Shown piece by piece: positions 16,954-27,497 of a DNA stretch of 32,000 nt. Within the stretch, counting starts at the first letter, position 1, and every line of letters begins with the position of its first letter. This DNA is from an archaeon (GTDB taxonomy: Archaea; Asgardarchaeota; Thorarchaeia; Thorarchaeales; Thorarchaeaceae). Both the position numbers and the translations under genes were made by a program. Location: contig JAJRZD010000022.1 in the NCBI GenBank assembly GCA_024275415.1, forward strand, positions 1-32,000, given 5' to 3'. The notes below the pieces were generated by a model. That model was not told the origin of the DNA. It did no database searches and saw only the letters and a program-made list of their open reading frames with translations.

Positions 16954-18522
16954 CTATAGGACATCCTTGAAACAGTCAGCAGAATAGAAATTGTCCTCGT
17001 CCTCTGAATGGTTCGTGTACCAAACCTGTGCGAAGAATGGATTTCTTTTGGCCATCATGTCAAAATCCCAAGGAGGGGGGGCGCATTCTGGGCACCAGTG
17101 CCCTGTCTTTAGAACCAAGTAAGGGGATGCTTCGAATGAGTGTCCGAAGGCACAACACCATAGCAGCTTCGCATACATGTCACCATCCCATGACTCAGAT
17201 TCAAGCAACCCACCACGGAAAGTTGCAGCCTGTCTAAGGTCGGAGATTCCGAGGTCAGACTTGGATTCATCATATCCATGATCTAGACGCTTCCATTCAG
17301 GTCTCAAGCAGGACTCGTCGAACTGGTTCCAGTCGCCAATAGACTCGTATACCTCCATTGAGCCATAAAAGGCATTGATACGTGGCACATTGCCACTACG
17401 ATACCAGTAGCGTGTCCCGTCTTTGCTGTCGACCATCTTCTCCAATCGTTTGCGAGCTGACCTCCTCACGAACTTGCGGATGCCAGGTATCTTGTTCAGA
17501 TGTTTCACGACCTTTAGTGATAATGGGAGATGTTTCTGCACCAGCTGATAGTAGTCCTCCAGAGAGTCCCCCCAGTTATGGATATATTCGTTAAGGATCC
17601 CGCTGTCCTCAAAATACTGGCAATGGAAGTTTCTCAGGGCGAACCAGTTCCGATCCATTATCTCCCTGAAATCGTCAATCCCAAAGATAGCGTACAAGCG
17701 TTTCAAATACTCGTAATAGGTTACTCTGCACGATGGCCCACCACCCATGTTGTAGACACGCCTCCAGAATTCGGAGTCCTCTGGTACATCTAAGCAGTTG
17801 ACCAGTCCCCGTCCGGCATCCCTACTAGTGTTGAGTTCGATGCAGGTTTCCAATGGCTGATGGAACATTATAGGATCCAATAGACTCATGGCATCGGGAA
17901 TTGCGATGAAGGTCTGCCTCAACGAAACCCAGTATTTTAGACCAGATTCTATGACTGCTCGCTCCCCTGCGATTTTGCAGGTCGCATAGAAATCAAAGAT
18001 ACTTGGTTTGAGGGGGTCACCAACGCGTCCCATGTGTATCTCACCCAAGCGATCCCCAGTTTCGGCCACGGATCCCACGTACACCAGCTTGATGTGATCC
18101 TGCCCACCGACCTCATAGATTGCCTGTATGATATGCTCGACAGCAGTGATGTTGACTGCCCTCGAAGTTTCAGGGTCGTGGTCAGCTGCCGGGGCTATGA
18201 ACGCCATCGGTGAGAGGATCCAGTCTACACCACGAACCGCTTCGAGCATGTCAGAATAGACGGTCGCATCGCCCCATACGATCTTGAAACCATCACCTTC
18301 CGCAACACCCGACCCCTCGATGTCATTAACACCACATGCCCTTTCATACCTACGGAAGAGCTTCTTGTTCTTTTGTGATGGCCGTAGAAGCAATACAATG
18401 TCAAATCTACGTACACCATCAGCATTTGCTCTGGACCAGAGTTCCTTGAACGCTTCGAAACCCATCGAGCCAGAGCCGCCCAATAGAAGCACCGATTCTT
18501 TCACGGATCGTACCACATCCAA
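16954..18522 (-). CDS. NAD-dependent epimerase/dehydratase (extended SDR) with C-terminal Cys/His zinc-finger-like domain
   Basis: LLGGSGSMG Rossmann motif, YxxxK (YATCK), C-terminal CAFGH...HWCPEC. Confidence 0.85.
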   Translation of the reverse strand: MDVVRSVKESVLLLGGSGSMGFEAFKELWSRANADGVRRFDIVLLLRPSQKNKKLFRRYERACGVNDIEGSGVAEGDGFKIVWGDATVYSDMLEAVRGVDWILSPMAFIAPAADHDPETSRAVNITAVEHIIQAIYEVGGQDHIKLVYVGSVAETGDRLGEIHMGRVGDPLKPSIFDFYATCKIAGERAVIESGLKYWVSLRQTFIAIPDAMSLLDPIMFHQPLETCIELNTSRDAGRGLVNCLDVPEDSEFWRRVYNMGGGPSCRVTYYEYLKRLYAIFGIDDFREIMDRNWFALRNFHCQYFEDSGILNEYIHNWGDSLEDYYQLVQKHLPLSLKVVKHLNKIPGIRKFVRRSARKRLEKMVDSKDGTRYWYRSGNVPRINAFYGSMEVYESIGDWNQFDESCLRPEWKRLDHGYDESKSDLGISDLRQAATFRGGLLESESWDGDMYAKLLWCCAFGHSFEASPYLVLKTGHWCPECAPPPWDFDMMAKRNPFFAQVWYTNHSEDEDNFYSADCFKDVL

Positions 18523-18636
18523 TTTTTGGAATCTTCGAGTGTGAAGTACCTACTTTAAGGTATCCAGTGTTTAGGTGGGCATATAGTCATAGTTAAATCG
18601 TGACGAGGTTGAAACGCAAAATGCCGGGGAACGCTC

Positions 18637-19299
18637 ATGTGGACAAAATCAGGTGATAGCAATCAAGGCCATGATAGCATAGAGCATGTGATTGTGTCTC
18701 TGCTCGATAGCGGGCTTTCCATATTTCACCATTCATTCGTTGATGAGGAGGTAGACCCGGATCTTTTCAGTGCTTTGATCACTGCGACCTCGGTTCAACA
18801 AAAGCTCCAATCAGACTCAAACGATCGCATCCTTCAAGAACAGTTCCAGATCGAGAGATATACTGCAAGTGTCTGTCACGGAGAGTATCTCGCAGGCATC
18901 ATTGTAGGATCCGGGAGTGTCAACAACGAAGTCATGAATAGGTTCCTCAAGTTTCTTGCCTCATTTGAAGAGGAATACAAGTTCATATTGAAGAAGGCGT
19001 GGAATGGTGACAGGTCATTCTTCGACCACAAGTGGGCCCTGAATCAGTTGAAAGAGAACCTTGCTCGGCCAGCAGAGGGACTTCAATTGCACCAAAATGC
19101 TATGCAGAAGGCTGAGAATGCCAGACAGATTCGGCTCGTTCTACTTCTCAAACGGTATACTCACGGAAACGCAGTTCCCAAAAATGAGCTGATCCAATTG
19201 ATTGGTGATGACCTACAGATACATGCCAAACAAGCAGAGGATTACGTCAATGACTTGGTTTCAGTAGGCATTCTTTCCGAGCGGTTTCAGAAGCGATAG
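18637..19299 (+). CDS. Longin-like domain protein with C-terminal winged-helix-like region
   Basis: HVIVSLLDSGLSIF...DPDLFSALITA...FLASFEEEYK.ILKKAWNGDRSFF pattern typical of Asgard longin-like domains (recognised by eye). Confidence 0.65.
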   Translation: MWTKSGDSNQGHDSIEHVIVSLLDSGLSIFHHSFVDEEVDPDLFSALITATSVQQKLQSDSNDRILQEQFQIERYTASVCHGEYLAGIIVGSGSVNNEVMNRFLKFLASFEEEYKFILKKAWNGDRSFFDHKWALNQLKENLARPAEGLQLHQNAMQKAENARQIRLVLLLKRYTHGNAVPKNELIQLIGDDLQIHAKQAEDYVNDLVSVGILSERFQKR

Positions 19300-19333
19300 T
19301 TTATTGCTCATGTTCTTTGAAGCATCTACATGA

Positions 19334-19993
19334 GTGAGTGTCGTGCGAATTGATGAAGCAATACTAATGAAGGCTCGAAAAGAGCAGGAACAAATTGCCT
19401 CTTTGGTATTATGCAGCGATGATAGATCTGCCAATTATGACAGCATCATCGGGGTTGATGTCGCCTACAAGGATGATAATGCGTTTGCCTGTGCGGTCGT
19501 CATGAGTAGGAAGACAGGAAAAGTACTTGGAACCCAGCAACTCACCACCACTTGTGATACTCCCTATATTTCCGGCTACTTCTACCTCAGAGAGGGGCCC
19601 ATCCTCATCAGACTCATCCATTCTTTGAAGCATGATGGTGTTTTCCTGATTGATGGGAACGGACAATTACATCCAAGAAGAATGGGTCTCGCCTCATATG
19701 TCGGAGTGAAACTGGATGTCGTGACCATAGGAATCGCAAAGAGATTGATGATGGGCACAATTGGCAAACGTCATGGTGCCATCGCACCTGTCATACATGA
19801 AGGGACACAGATTGGTACTGCTCTATGGCTCGACAAGGCGAGGAAGCCTGTGTTTGTTTCTGTAGGACACAGAATATCTCTTAGGTCAGCTGTCGGCATC
19901 GTGATGGAGGTTTCGGTTGGGGGCGTACCTCTGCCTCTTCATATGGCACATCTATGTTCTATTGGTCTTCGAGGTGAAACTCGTCCCAAGTAG
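19334..19993 (+). CDS. nfi: Endonuclease V
   Basis: GVDVAY, YISGY.YLREGP, LIDGNGQLHPRRMGLAS, TIGIAK, KPVFVSVGH; catalytic D/E/D/H positions present. Confidence 0.93.
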   Translation: MSVVRIDEAILMKARKEQEQIASLVLCSDDRSANYDSIIGVDVAYKDDNAFACAVVMSRKTGKVLGTQQLTTTCDTPYISGYFYLREGPILIRLIHSLKHDGVFLIDGNGQLHPRRMGLASYVGVKLDVVTIGIAKRLMMGTIGKRHGAIAPVIHEGTQIGTALWLDKARKPVFVSVGHRISLRSAVGIVMEVSVGGVPLPLHMAHLCSIGLRGETRPK

Positions 19994-20106
19994 AACTTGT
20001 CCATTCACCATTCGAGATCTCTCGAGATGCTGTGATTCATATCCGATGAGCGCCTTTTCAACACAAAAGAAAGATGGTATAAAAATAAAGAAACGTATAT
20101 ATTATT

Positions 20107-20127
20107 TAATGAATGTATCATTCATTA
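20107..20127. promoter_or_regulatory. Perfect palindrome next to a TATA-like tract upstream of the phospholipase C-like gene
   Basis: TAATGAATG-TAT-CATTCATTA immediately after TATATTATT, ~50 bp before ATG 20179. Confidence 0.5.
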
Positions 20128-20178
20128 TGCTCTCTGGAATAATCCATTGAGAGTACGGTTGGTAATGGAGAGAATTTT

Positions 20179-21564
20179 ATGAAAAAGTACAACAAAATTC
20201 GACTTGGAGCACTGATTGTGATTTCGGTTATCACAATGAGTATGGGTCTTACTGTAGCACCTGTAAGTGCGTATGGCACAGGGAGCGGTGGTACAGATGA
20301 CCCGCATGATTGGATTACTGATCAAGCATTAGTGGTTCTTGGAGCGGATGGGTACACTACGATAAGAGATGAAATACAGACATCGACCTATCTAGCAAAG
20401 ATAAAACAAGGATCTTACGACGCAGATCATGGAAGTGATATCCTAGGAATTCCAGTGACTGCAAGTGAGCATTATCACAATCCTGATAGCCATCTTGGCT
20501 TGTGGTTAGTGATTAGGTTCAAGAGTGCTGCGACCTACGCGCAAGAGAATTTTGAGAAAGCTGTCAAATACTACAAGAATGGGGACAAGGCAAATGCCTA
20601 TTACTATCTCGGGTTCGCACTTCATGTCCTACAAGACTTGACTGTTCCTCATCATGCAGCCCTGACACCCTTCAACCAACATTCTGAGTATGAGGCGCAC
20701 ATCTACAATCACAAGAGTTACGTGACTGGGGTCACTTCGGGAGGTAGGTATACACTTCCTAATGTAGCAGATCATTACAACGATGACAGTGCTTGGGGAT
20801 GGGTCGACTATAACTCGCATCAAAGCATAGGATACTATTCCTATGTCAATGGCGGGAGCGATGACAATTGGGATTATGTCGCCAGCATGATGCTTCCGTT
20901 GGCGGTTCGAACTAGTGCAGGATTCCTGAGATTCTTCTACGAGGAAGCGAACAGAGGACGACAGGAAGCCTACAGGAGCAGCTCGCTTTCAGGAAGTGGG
21001 GCTGAATACACATTCTATGTTGATGTGCCATACGGAACACACACGGTGGCCATGGCTGGCAACGAACCTGATGCCGATTTCGACCTGTATGTCAGATGGA
21101 ATGCACCTCCAACGACAAGCACCTATGATGCGAAAGGATTCTCAAGTTACGCATTGGAAAAAGTGCAGACAACAGGGAAAGGCAGACTCTACGTGATGGT
21201 TCGTTCATGGAGTGGAAGCGGCAATTTCAAAGCTAGTGTGATCTACGGCGCTTCGCGGGCATCGCTAAGTACAGGCAGCTCGCTTGGTTCCTCTGGCGCC
21301 ACGGTCACAAATTCCTTGTCAGGGTCGCTAAGAAATGGATTCATGCACGGTTGGGCATTCCTAGCTGGGCCGGACACTGCTGACTTTGATCTGTACATCA
21401 GGTGGGGTGCAGCACCCACGACAAGCACCTATGACGATAGAGGCTTCACAGCACAATCACAGGAAATCTGCGACAGCTGGATTGACTCATCGAAGACTTT
21501 CTATTCGATGGTCCGCTCATACCGTGGCAGTGGTTCTTACAGGTTGCTGCTCTTGATATTCTAG
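20179..21564 (+). CDS. Secreted zinc-dependent phospholipase C/P1-nuclease-family protein with two C-terminal PPC (pre-peptidase C-terminal) domains
   Basis: Signal peptide ending VSA; PHDWI, GSYDADH, HYHNPD, AYYYLGFALHVLQDLTVPHHA, HSEYE metal-ligand motifs; two D(A/T)DFDLY(V/I)RW.A.PTTSTYD repeats. Confidence 0.85.
   Translation: MKKYNKIRLGALIVISVITMSMGLTVAPVSAYGTGSGGTDDPHDWITDQALVVLGADGYTTIRDEIQTSTYLAKIKQGSYDADHGSDILGIPVTASEHYHNPDSHLGLWLVIRFKSAATYAQENFEKAVKYYKNGDKANAYYYLGFALHVLQDLTVPHHAALTPFNQHSEYEAHIYNHKSYVTGVTSGGRYTLPNVADHYNDDSAWGWVDYNSHQSIGYYSYVNGGSDDNWDYVASMMLPLAVRTSAGFLRFFYEEANRGRQEAYRSSSLSGSGAEYTFYVDVPYGTHTVAMAGNEPDADFDLYVRWNAPPTTSTYDAKGFSSYALEKVQTTGKGRLYVMVRSWSGSGNFKASVIYGASRASLSTGSSLGSSGATVTNSLSGSLRNGFMHGWAFLAGPDTADFDLYIRWGAAPTTSTYDDRGFTAQSQEICDSWIDSSKTFYSMVRSYRGSGSYRLLLLIF
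21073..21447 (+). repeat. Internal duplication encoding the two PPC cores
   Basis: 21073-21141 and 21379-21447 are similar, with an identical 17-mer ACGACAAGCACCTATGA at 21112 and 21418. Confidence 0.8.
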
Positions 21565-21591
21565 ACGCCAGAGAGATCTCTTTCTCTATTC

Positions 21592-21623
21592 GGGGACGAG
21601 ATTGTTCGTCCCCTCCCTTTTTT
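21592..21623 (+). terminator. Hairpin + T-tract terminator
   Basis: GGGGACGA-GATTGT-TCGTCCCC followed by TCCC and TTTTTT, 28 nt after the stop at 21564. Confidence 0.7.
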
Positions 21624-21825
21624 GAGCATCACGAAAATGTCATTTGGTCAATCGTTGCAGACAAACTTGTATTTTCTGTCCGAATCACGATAAAGGGCGC
21701 ATCACTAGTCTAAGGGGACACTGAATTTCATCTGAAATGTGTCAGCAATTAGATGAACATGTTCGAGAAAAGCAGAAATATGCTATTGGGAATTAATTGG
21801 TACTATTTGACTGGAAAGGAATTTG

Positions 21826-24800
21826 ATGGAACAAGATGCTGCGTCTGCAACATATGCACGCCAACCTAAGATATACGAAACTGATGTACTAAAGATGCTG
21901 GTGTTTTCGTTTTTGATCAGTATTATGCTCATACCAGTTATGGTAGAGGCTCCCGTCCATAATGTGAAGACAATTGTCCCTACAGCCTTGGAGCATAAGG
22001 TTGCCACAACAGCCAACCTGCGCATGGTACAGTTGACGGATCTGTCTGAACACTTGGCAACTGGGAATGTGAGTAGCTACCGAGGGTTCGCATATTCAGA
22101 TGATATATCAGATGTTTTGAGGTTCGTTGACCCGATAAATCAGGTCACGTTGAACTAGTCGATCGAAACAGGAACTTTGTACAGAAGAACCATTATCGGG
22201 GAGGACATGGACAAGGATGGTAGCACGGAATTCATGATAATGAACGATAACGGAACTGCTATCAACCTGCTGATTGTTGATTTTAACGATGGCCTGACTA
22301 CCAAATTTAATGTGTCTATCATAAATCCTCTTAGCATAACAACAGGGAACTTTGGGGGTGATGCAAGTCTGGATATTGCAGTATTTGGACAGTATAGTAT
22401 CGTCATACTTGATGTCCAGTCAGGCAGCCTTCTAGGTAATTACTCGATTGCAGTTGGTGATTGGTATTCTGCATATTCAGTTGGATATTTCTTGGAAACG
22501 TCACAAGATTCGATTGCAGTGGGTATCTGGCCGGCAAGCAATATTGCAAGGATGGATATTGTAGCTGGAAATGGCTCGGTGATGAGAAGTATTACTTTGC
22601 ACAACCAAGTTTTCGGACTGGCATCTTTTGAGTACGGTGCGGGACTGGACGAAGTAGCAGTATCAATAACCGATGGCAATTTGACAGTCATAGCGCCATC
22701 GACAATGACTTCGGTCTTCAACTTGACAGGCTTACCCGAGCAAAGTTATGTTTTACCAGGAGTCTTGAACAATGACAACCAAGAAGACCTCGTTGTAGTT
22801 TCTACCATGAGTAACTACTCGATATTCATTGATGGGTCGAATGGGTCGATAATACGACAGGGAAATAGACTAGCTAATTTGGCACAGTCACCTATTAGTG
22901 GAAACCCACCCTCTCCGGTGGTGAGCAGTGGATACATGGACGCGGATAATCTCACAGACTACACTGTTCTAAGTTATCCGGGCAATAAACCATCCTTTCT
23001 AAGGGGTTCTGATGGAACCATAGGATATGAGGAGAGTAGGATTCCCGACAAGTCGAGTCAAATCCTCGTATTCGATATAAATGGGAATTCAAGAGACGAC
23101 ATCATAGTGCTGAACGGCCTGACAGCCTACATTGTCTTAAGCGATACCCAAGGGCCGCAGGTCATCCCCGAGCCCCTGTCGCCGCTGCACCCCACAATCC
23201 AAGACCCTTACATCAAGATAGAGGTCGAGGTGGTAGAACAGCTTGATGTCATCGCAGCGGATCTGTACATCCGTTATGACGGGGGCAATTGGAGTCGGCC
23301 TACCGAGAACCTTCAGGTATCAGGAAACAGATACTTTGCATTCCTCGTGGGAAAACCAGAGGGCTTCTACGAGTATTATCTTGTCTTTCAGGATACATAC
23401 TTTAACATTGGCACTCTGGGCAATGAAACAAACCCAATGAATTTCACAGTTGCAGGACATCTTTCATGGTTCGACACAAAATACCAGAGCACAGGACTGA
23501 ATCATCGCCTCATGAGCATTGGAAACTCTTCTGATGGTAGAGAGGTGATTTATACGCTGGATTCGAACTCTGGAAATATCATCCTAGAACGATATTCTAC
23601 CAGAGGAGAGAATCAGACACTGGCAATATTTCCATTTGGCAACTACAGTGATTTCTCAATCTACACAGGATTAATGGATGGTGACAACATCCTTGACCCG
23701 ATACTCTTGCTGTATAGCGCAACGACATACGATGTGAACGTGTCAATCTATCATGGGAACTCCGGCTCATTATGGTTTACAACTCAATACCCATACAGAA
23801 ACACATTCCAACCCGAATCTGCACAGGTATTCGATATTGATAATGACGGGATAGACGAGTTCTTCTTCGTTGCTGAGAACAGTACCTACAACGGGGAGTT
23901 CCTCATCAGATTGCGTGCCGACGGGTCATGGTCACGAACCGAAATTTCTGCGGTAGGAGCAGAGTCCTACGGGTTGAGCATTGCCAAAACGATAAATGAC
24001 CACTCAGTGGAGGCAGTCGTTTCTGCAAGTACAGGATACGTGGAGATATTCAATGCCACTAGCATGAGTGTAATATCGACTCATAATGTGACTAGATCTG
24101 ACCACGCGAGTACGATGGCTATAAGCGTCTACGTACTCAATAACAGATCTGAATCGTATTCGAAGTTCTTGGTGTATCTGCGGTTCACTGACGCTTCTGG
24201 GGTTTCAAGTGGTTTTCAGATCTTTGATGCATCAGTACCTAGCATCAATGAAACCGTAATATATGGTAATACGGATGGATACTATTACGCGCCAATCCTC
24301 ATAGATGTGGATGACGATGGGATTGATGAGGTGTTTGGCGTCAATAGAATAACCAATGAGCTAACACTGTTCAGGCTGACGGCCCCTGCAACAATAGATT
24401 GGACAATCCCAGGTAGCACTTCTGATTTCTTAAGCTCACTAGCTGTTGATTTCGATGGTGACGGTCAAGATGAGATCGGGGTCTTCACAAGGCAGGACGA
24501 GAACCTCACGATCGTATCGCTTGATGGAACCGTCGAACGGACACTGCCGGTCGGACAGGTGTATGGCAGTATGCAACTGAGCAGCGTTGACTTGGGCTAC
24601 GGAGAGGAAATAGCAGCATATCCATTGATACAAGACGGCGTCACCAAAATAGCTGTCATCCGCGATATTGTACAGATCCGACGCCTTAATGTTTCACTGA
24701 CTTACGCACCATCAGACCTTTTACAAGGGGATACATTGACAGTTGATGTCGATGTGACAAACATCTATGCTGAGCCCATTAACGATGCAGAAGTTTACTT

Positions 24801-27348
24801 GACCATCCACTACCTTTCAGGTGGTAGTATCATCAACCAGACGAAAGGCCTTATTTTTGGAACCTCGAACTATTCGACTTCGGTTGCTGTGAACTGGCCT
24901 ATCGGTATTGTCAATCTGAGCGTGTCTGTCAGACATCCGCTCTACGACCAATGGGAAGAATACTACCCCGGTGCATTGACAATAAGAAGTGTCCTAGATG
25001 TGCTGGTCTATACTAGGGATATCGTGGTGCAGAACAGCACATTCTCTGCGAATATAACCGTGGCAGATAGTCTTGGATCACGAGTGTCTGATGCAGAGGT
25101 ATTGGTAACTTTGGGGGGTGTGGACTATACCGCGCCTTATGTGGGCTCTCAATATAGGGTATCAATTTCAAACATTGGCCTCTCACCAGGAGAGTATACT
25201 GTCAATACGACTGTTAATCACCCATATGCTTTTGGCATCTCGTCTGCTGTTGCCAATTTCGGGTTAGAAACAGACAAGCTCGTAGTTTCGCAGGGGATAC
25301 CTGCACTTGTGGAACAAGATGATGTGTTCGAGGGCTGGGTGAACATAACGGACGCCTTCAATAGCCCACTTGAGAACGCCCAAGTCACGCTTGTTGGTAG
25401 CGAGATGGAATTCGGTCTCATTGAAGTCGAGCCAGGGGCGTATTATCTGGACTCTCTCATGACTTTGAGTGTGGGCAACCATTCATTCACCATCATTGTT
25501 GAGCATGGATTTGTTCAAGGAACGGAATTTGGGCAGGTTCAAATCATAGTCATGGGAAACCTCATTCCGGTTATCGCGGAAGTGCCACCTGTAGATGGCG
25601 GTGGGGTGTTCTCCGTTTCTGTGTTCATAAGTGATGGATATGGAACGATGCCGAGTGATACATGGGTGCTGATCGAGATAGACGGAAGGAACGTCACGGC
25701 GATTCACGAATCGGGAACAAAATTCACTGCTGAATTGAATGCTACTTATCCTGCCGGAATGTGGAACTTCACAGTGTACTATGGCTCAGTATTCAGCCGT
25801 GCTAGGAAGATGACCAACAGCATATTTGTCTACTCGAACCCGGTGGTCGAAACCCTATATTCAGATGGCGAATGGGAGGTAATGCAGGGGAACGACACGA
25901 TAATAGAGGTCCAGGTGCGAGACTGGCAGGGCACATTGATGAAGAATGCATCAGTGACTCTCTTCATTCGGGGAATCACCTATACACTAGGGTATGTCAC
26001 TGAAGGGGTGTATCAGGCAGAAGTGTCCACGGTTGGATGGCCTTACGGCATTCACACATACTACTTGACTGTTGGTGGCGAATACCTGTATCAGAATCAA
26101 TACAGTGGAAACCTGACGGTCATTGCCCGTCCTACTATCATTATCAGGCCTTCAACTACAACACCTGAACAGCTCTCCACACTCTCCATCACCGTAGATG
26201 TCAAAGACCTCTATGACAATCCGATAACGGGTCTTCATCTTGAAGTCACATTTCAGGATGTGACAAAGATTGCAGAAGAAACATCAGTGAAGGGCACCTA
26301 TGAAGTTGAATTCACGGTGGAAGGTGTCGGACATGGCTCAAGGGAGATTGTGGTCGGTCTTGAGGGCAGTCTAACATATCCAAAGAACACATCGATGACG
26401 GTCACTGTAATGGTTGCTGTACCGCGATTGGATTTGAGTCCGATGCAAATCTATACAGCTGCTGGATTATCATTTTTGATAAGCCTCATCGGAGTACTAC
26501 TGTTCATCAAGATATCGTCTACCATCCTATCATCTCCAAGAAAGGTCGAGGATGTTACTCGAAGTGTCACATACCTCGATAGGACATATCTTGTCATCGT
26601 CGCTGCTTCAGGAGCATTGGTCGTCCATTCATGGCTGCTCTATCTGAATGGCTCTTATGTATATGCACTCCTTGAGAGTGTCATATTACTTGGAGCATCG
26701 GTACTGCTCTACGGACTATGGCTTTATCGAGATGCCTACGCTTCGATACTTGTTTCTGGTGATATCAACAGGAAACGTACTGCTCTAGGGATGTGGCATC
26801 TTGTTCTTGTCCCGTTCATCGTCCTTTTGATATTCGAATACGGGCGATATATCGAGATATTCGCATGGAATATATTGGAGAACGTGACCCCATTCGTCAT
26901 CGGCAACGTGGTGATCGTCCCGATGCTGATGACAATACTGACAACATACCTGAGTAGTATCGTAGTCGTTGTTGTCAGCTTCTATTGGGAGATACAAAAG
27001 GGACTTCGCCGAATCGAAGATATGAAAAATTCAGGCACTCCAGGGAATGTGATCACGGATGAACAAGTGCTACTTATAGGAAGAACTGGAGCATCAATAC
27101 GCATAAAGTTCCTCATGTTCCTGTTGGTTCTAGGTGCGATAACGGTAATGCAACTGGAATTTCTCAGGAGCTACTCAATGGTTGCGATTGTCCTGCTCCC
27201 AATCCTGTTTCTGGTATTGATACCATTCATCTCAACGAGAATCATCAAAGGATTGCCACATGCATATAGAAGAATTCAGCGTACAAGAGAGGGGGGGTTT
27301 GACGCGGAAGAAACATATGAACCGGATGAATTAATAATGGATACCTGA
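21826..27348 (+). CDS. Giant surface protein (~1840 aa): signal peptide, FG-GAP-like Ca-binding repeats, Ig-like domains, C-terminal 7-TM bundle; interrupted by an in-frame TAG at 22156-22158
   Basis: ORFs 21823-22158 and 22177-27348 share one frame (VTLN*SIETGTLYRR). Signal MLVFSFLISIMLIPVMVEA lies in the first part. DxDxDG-type motifs (DMDKDG, DINGNSRDD, DIDNDGIDE, DVDDDGIDE, DFDGDGQDE); many NxS/T sequons; seven hydrophobic segments from ~26449 to ~27240. Confidence 0.85.
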
Positions 27349-27497
27349 ACACACATGGCAGATCACACCAGCCAATAGGAGTCACTGAGAACTCCTCAAA
27401 GATGCGTTGGAAACCAGTCCCATCTTGATGTGCTCGGAATCACATCTGTCGGCAGACCCATAGTTGCGGGTATTACCGACGAGTCCATCAAATGAAA

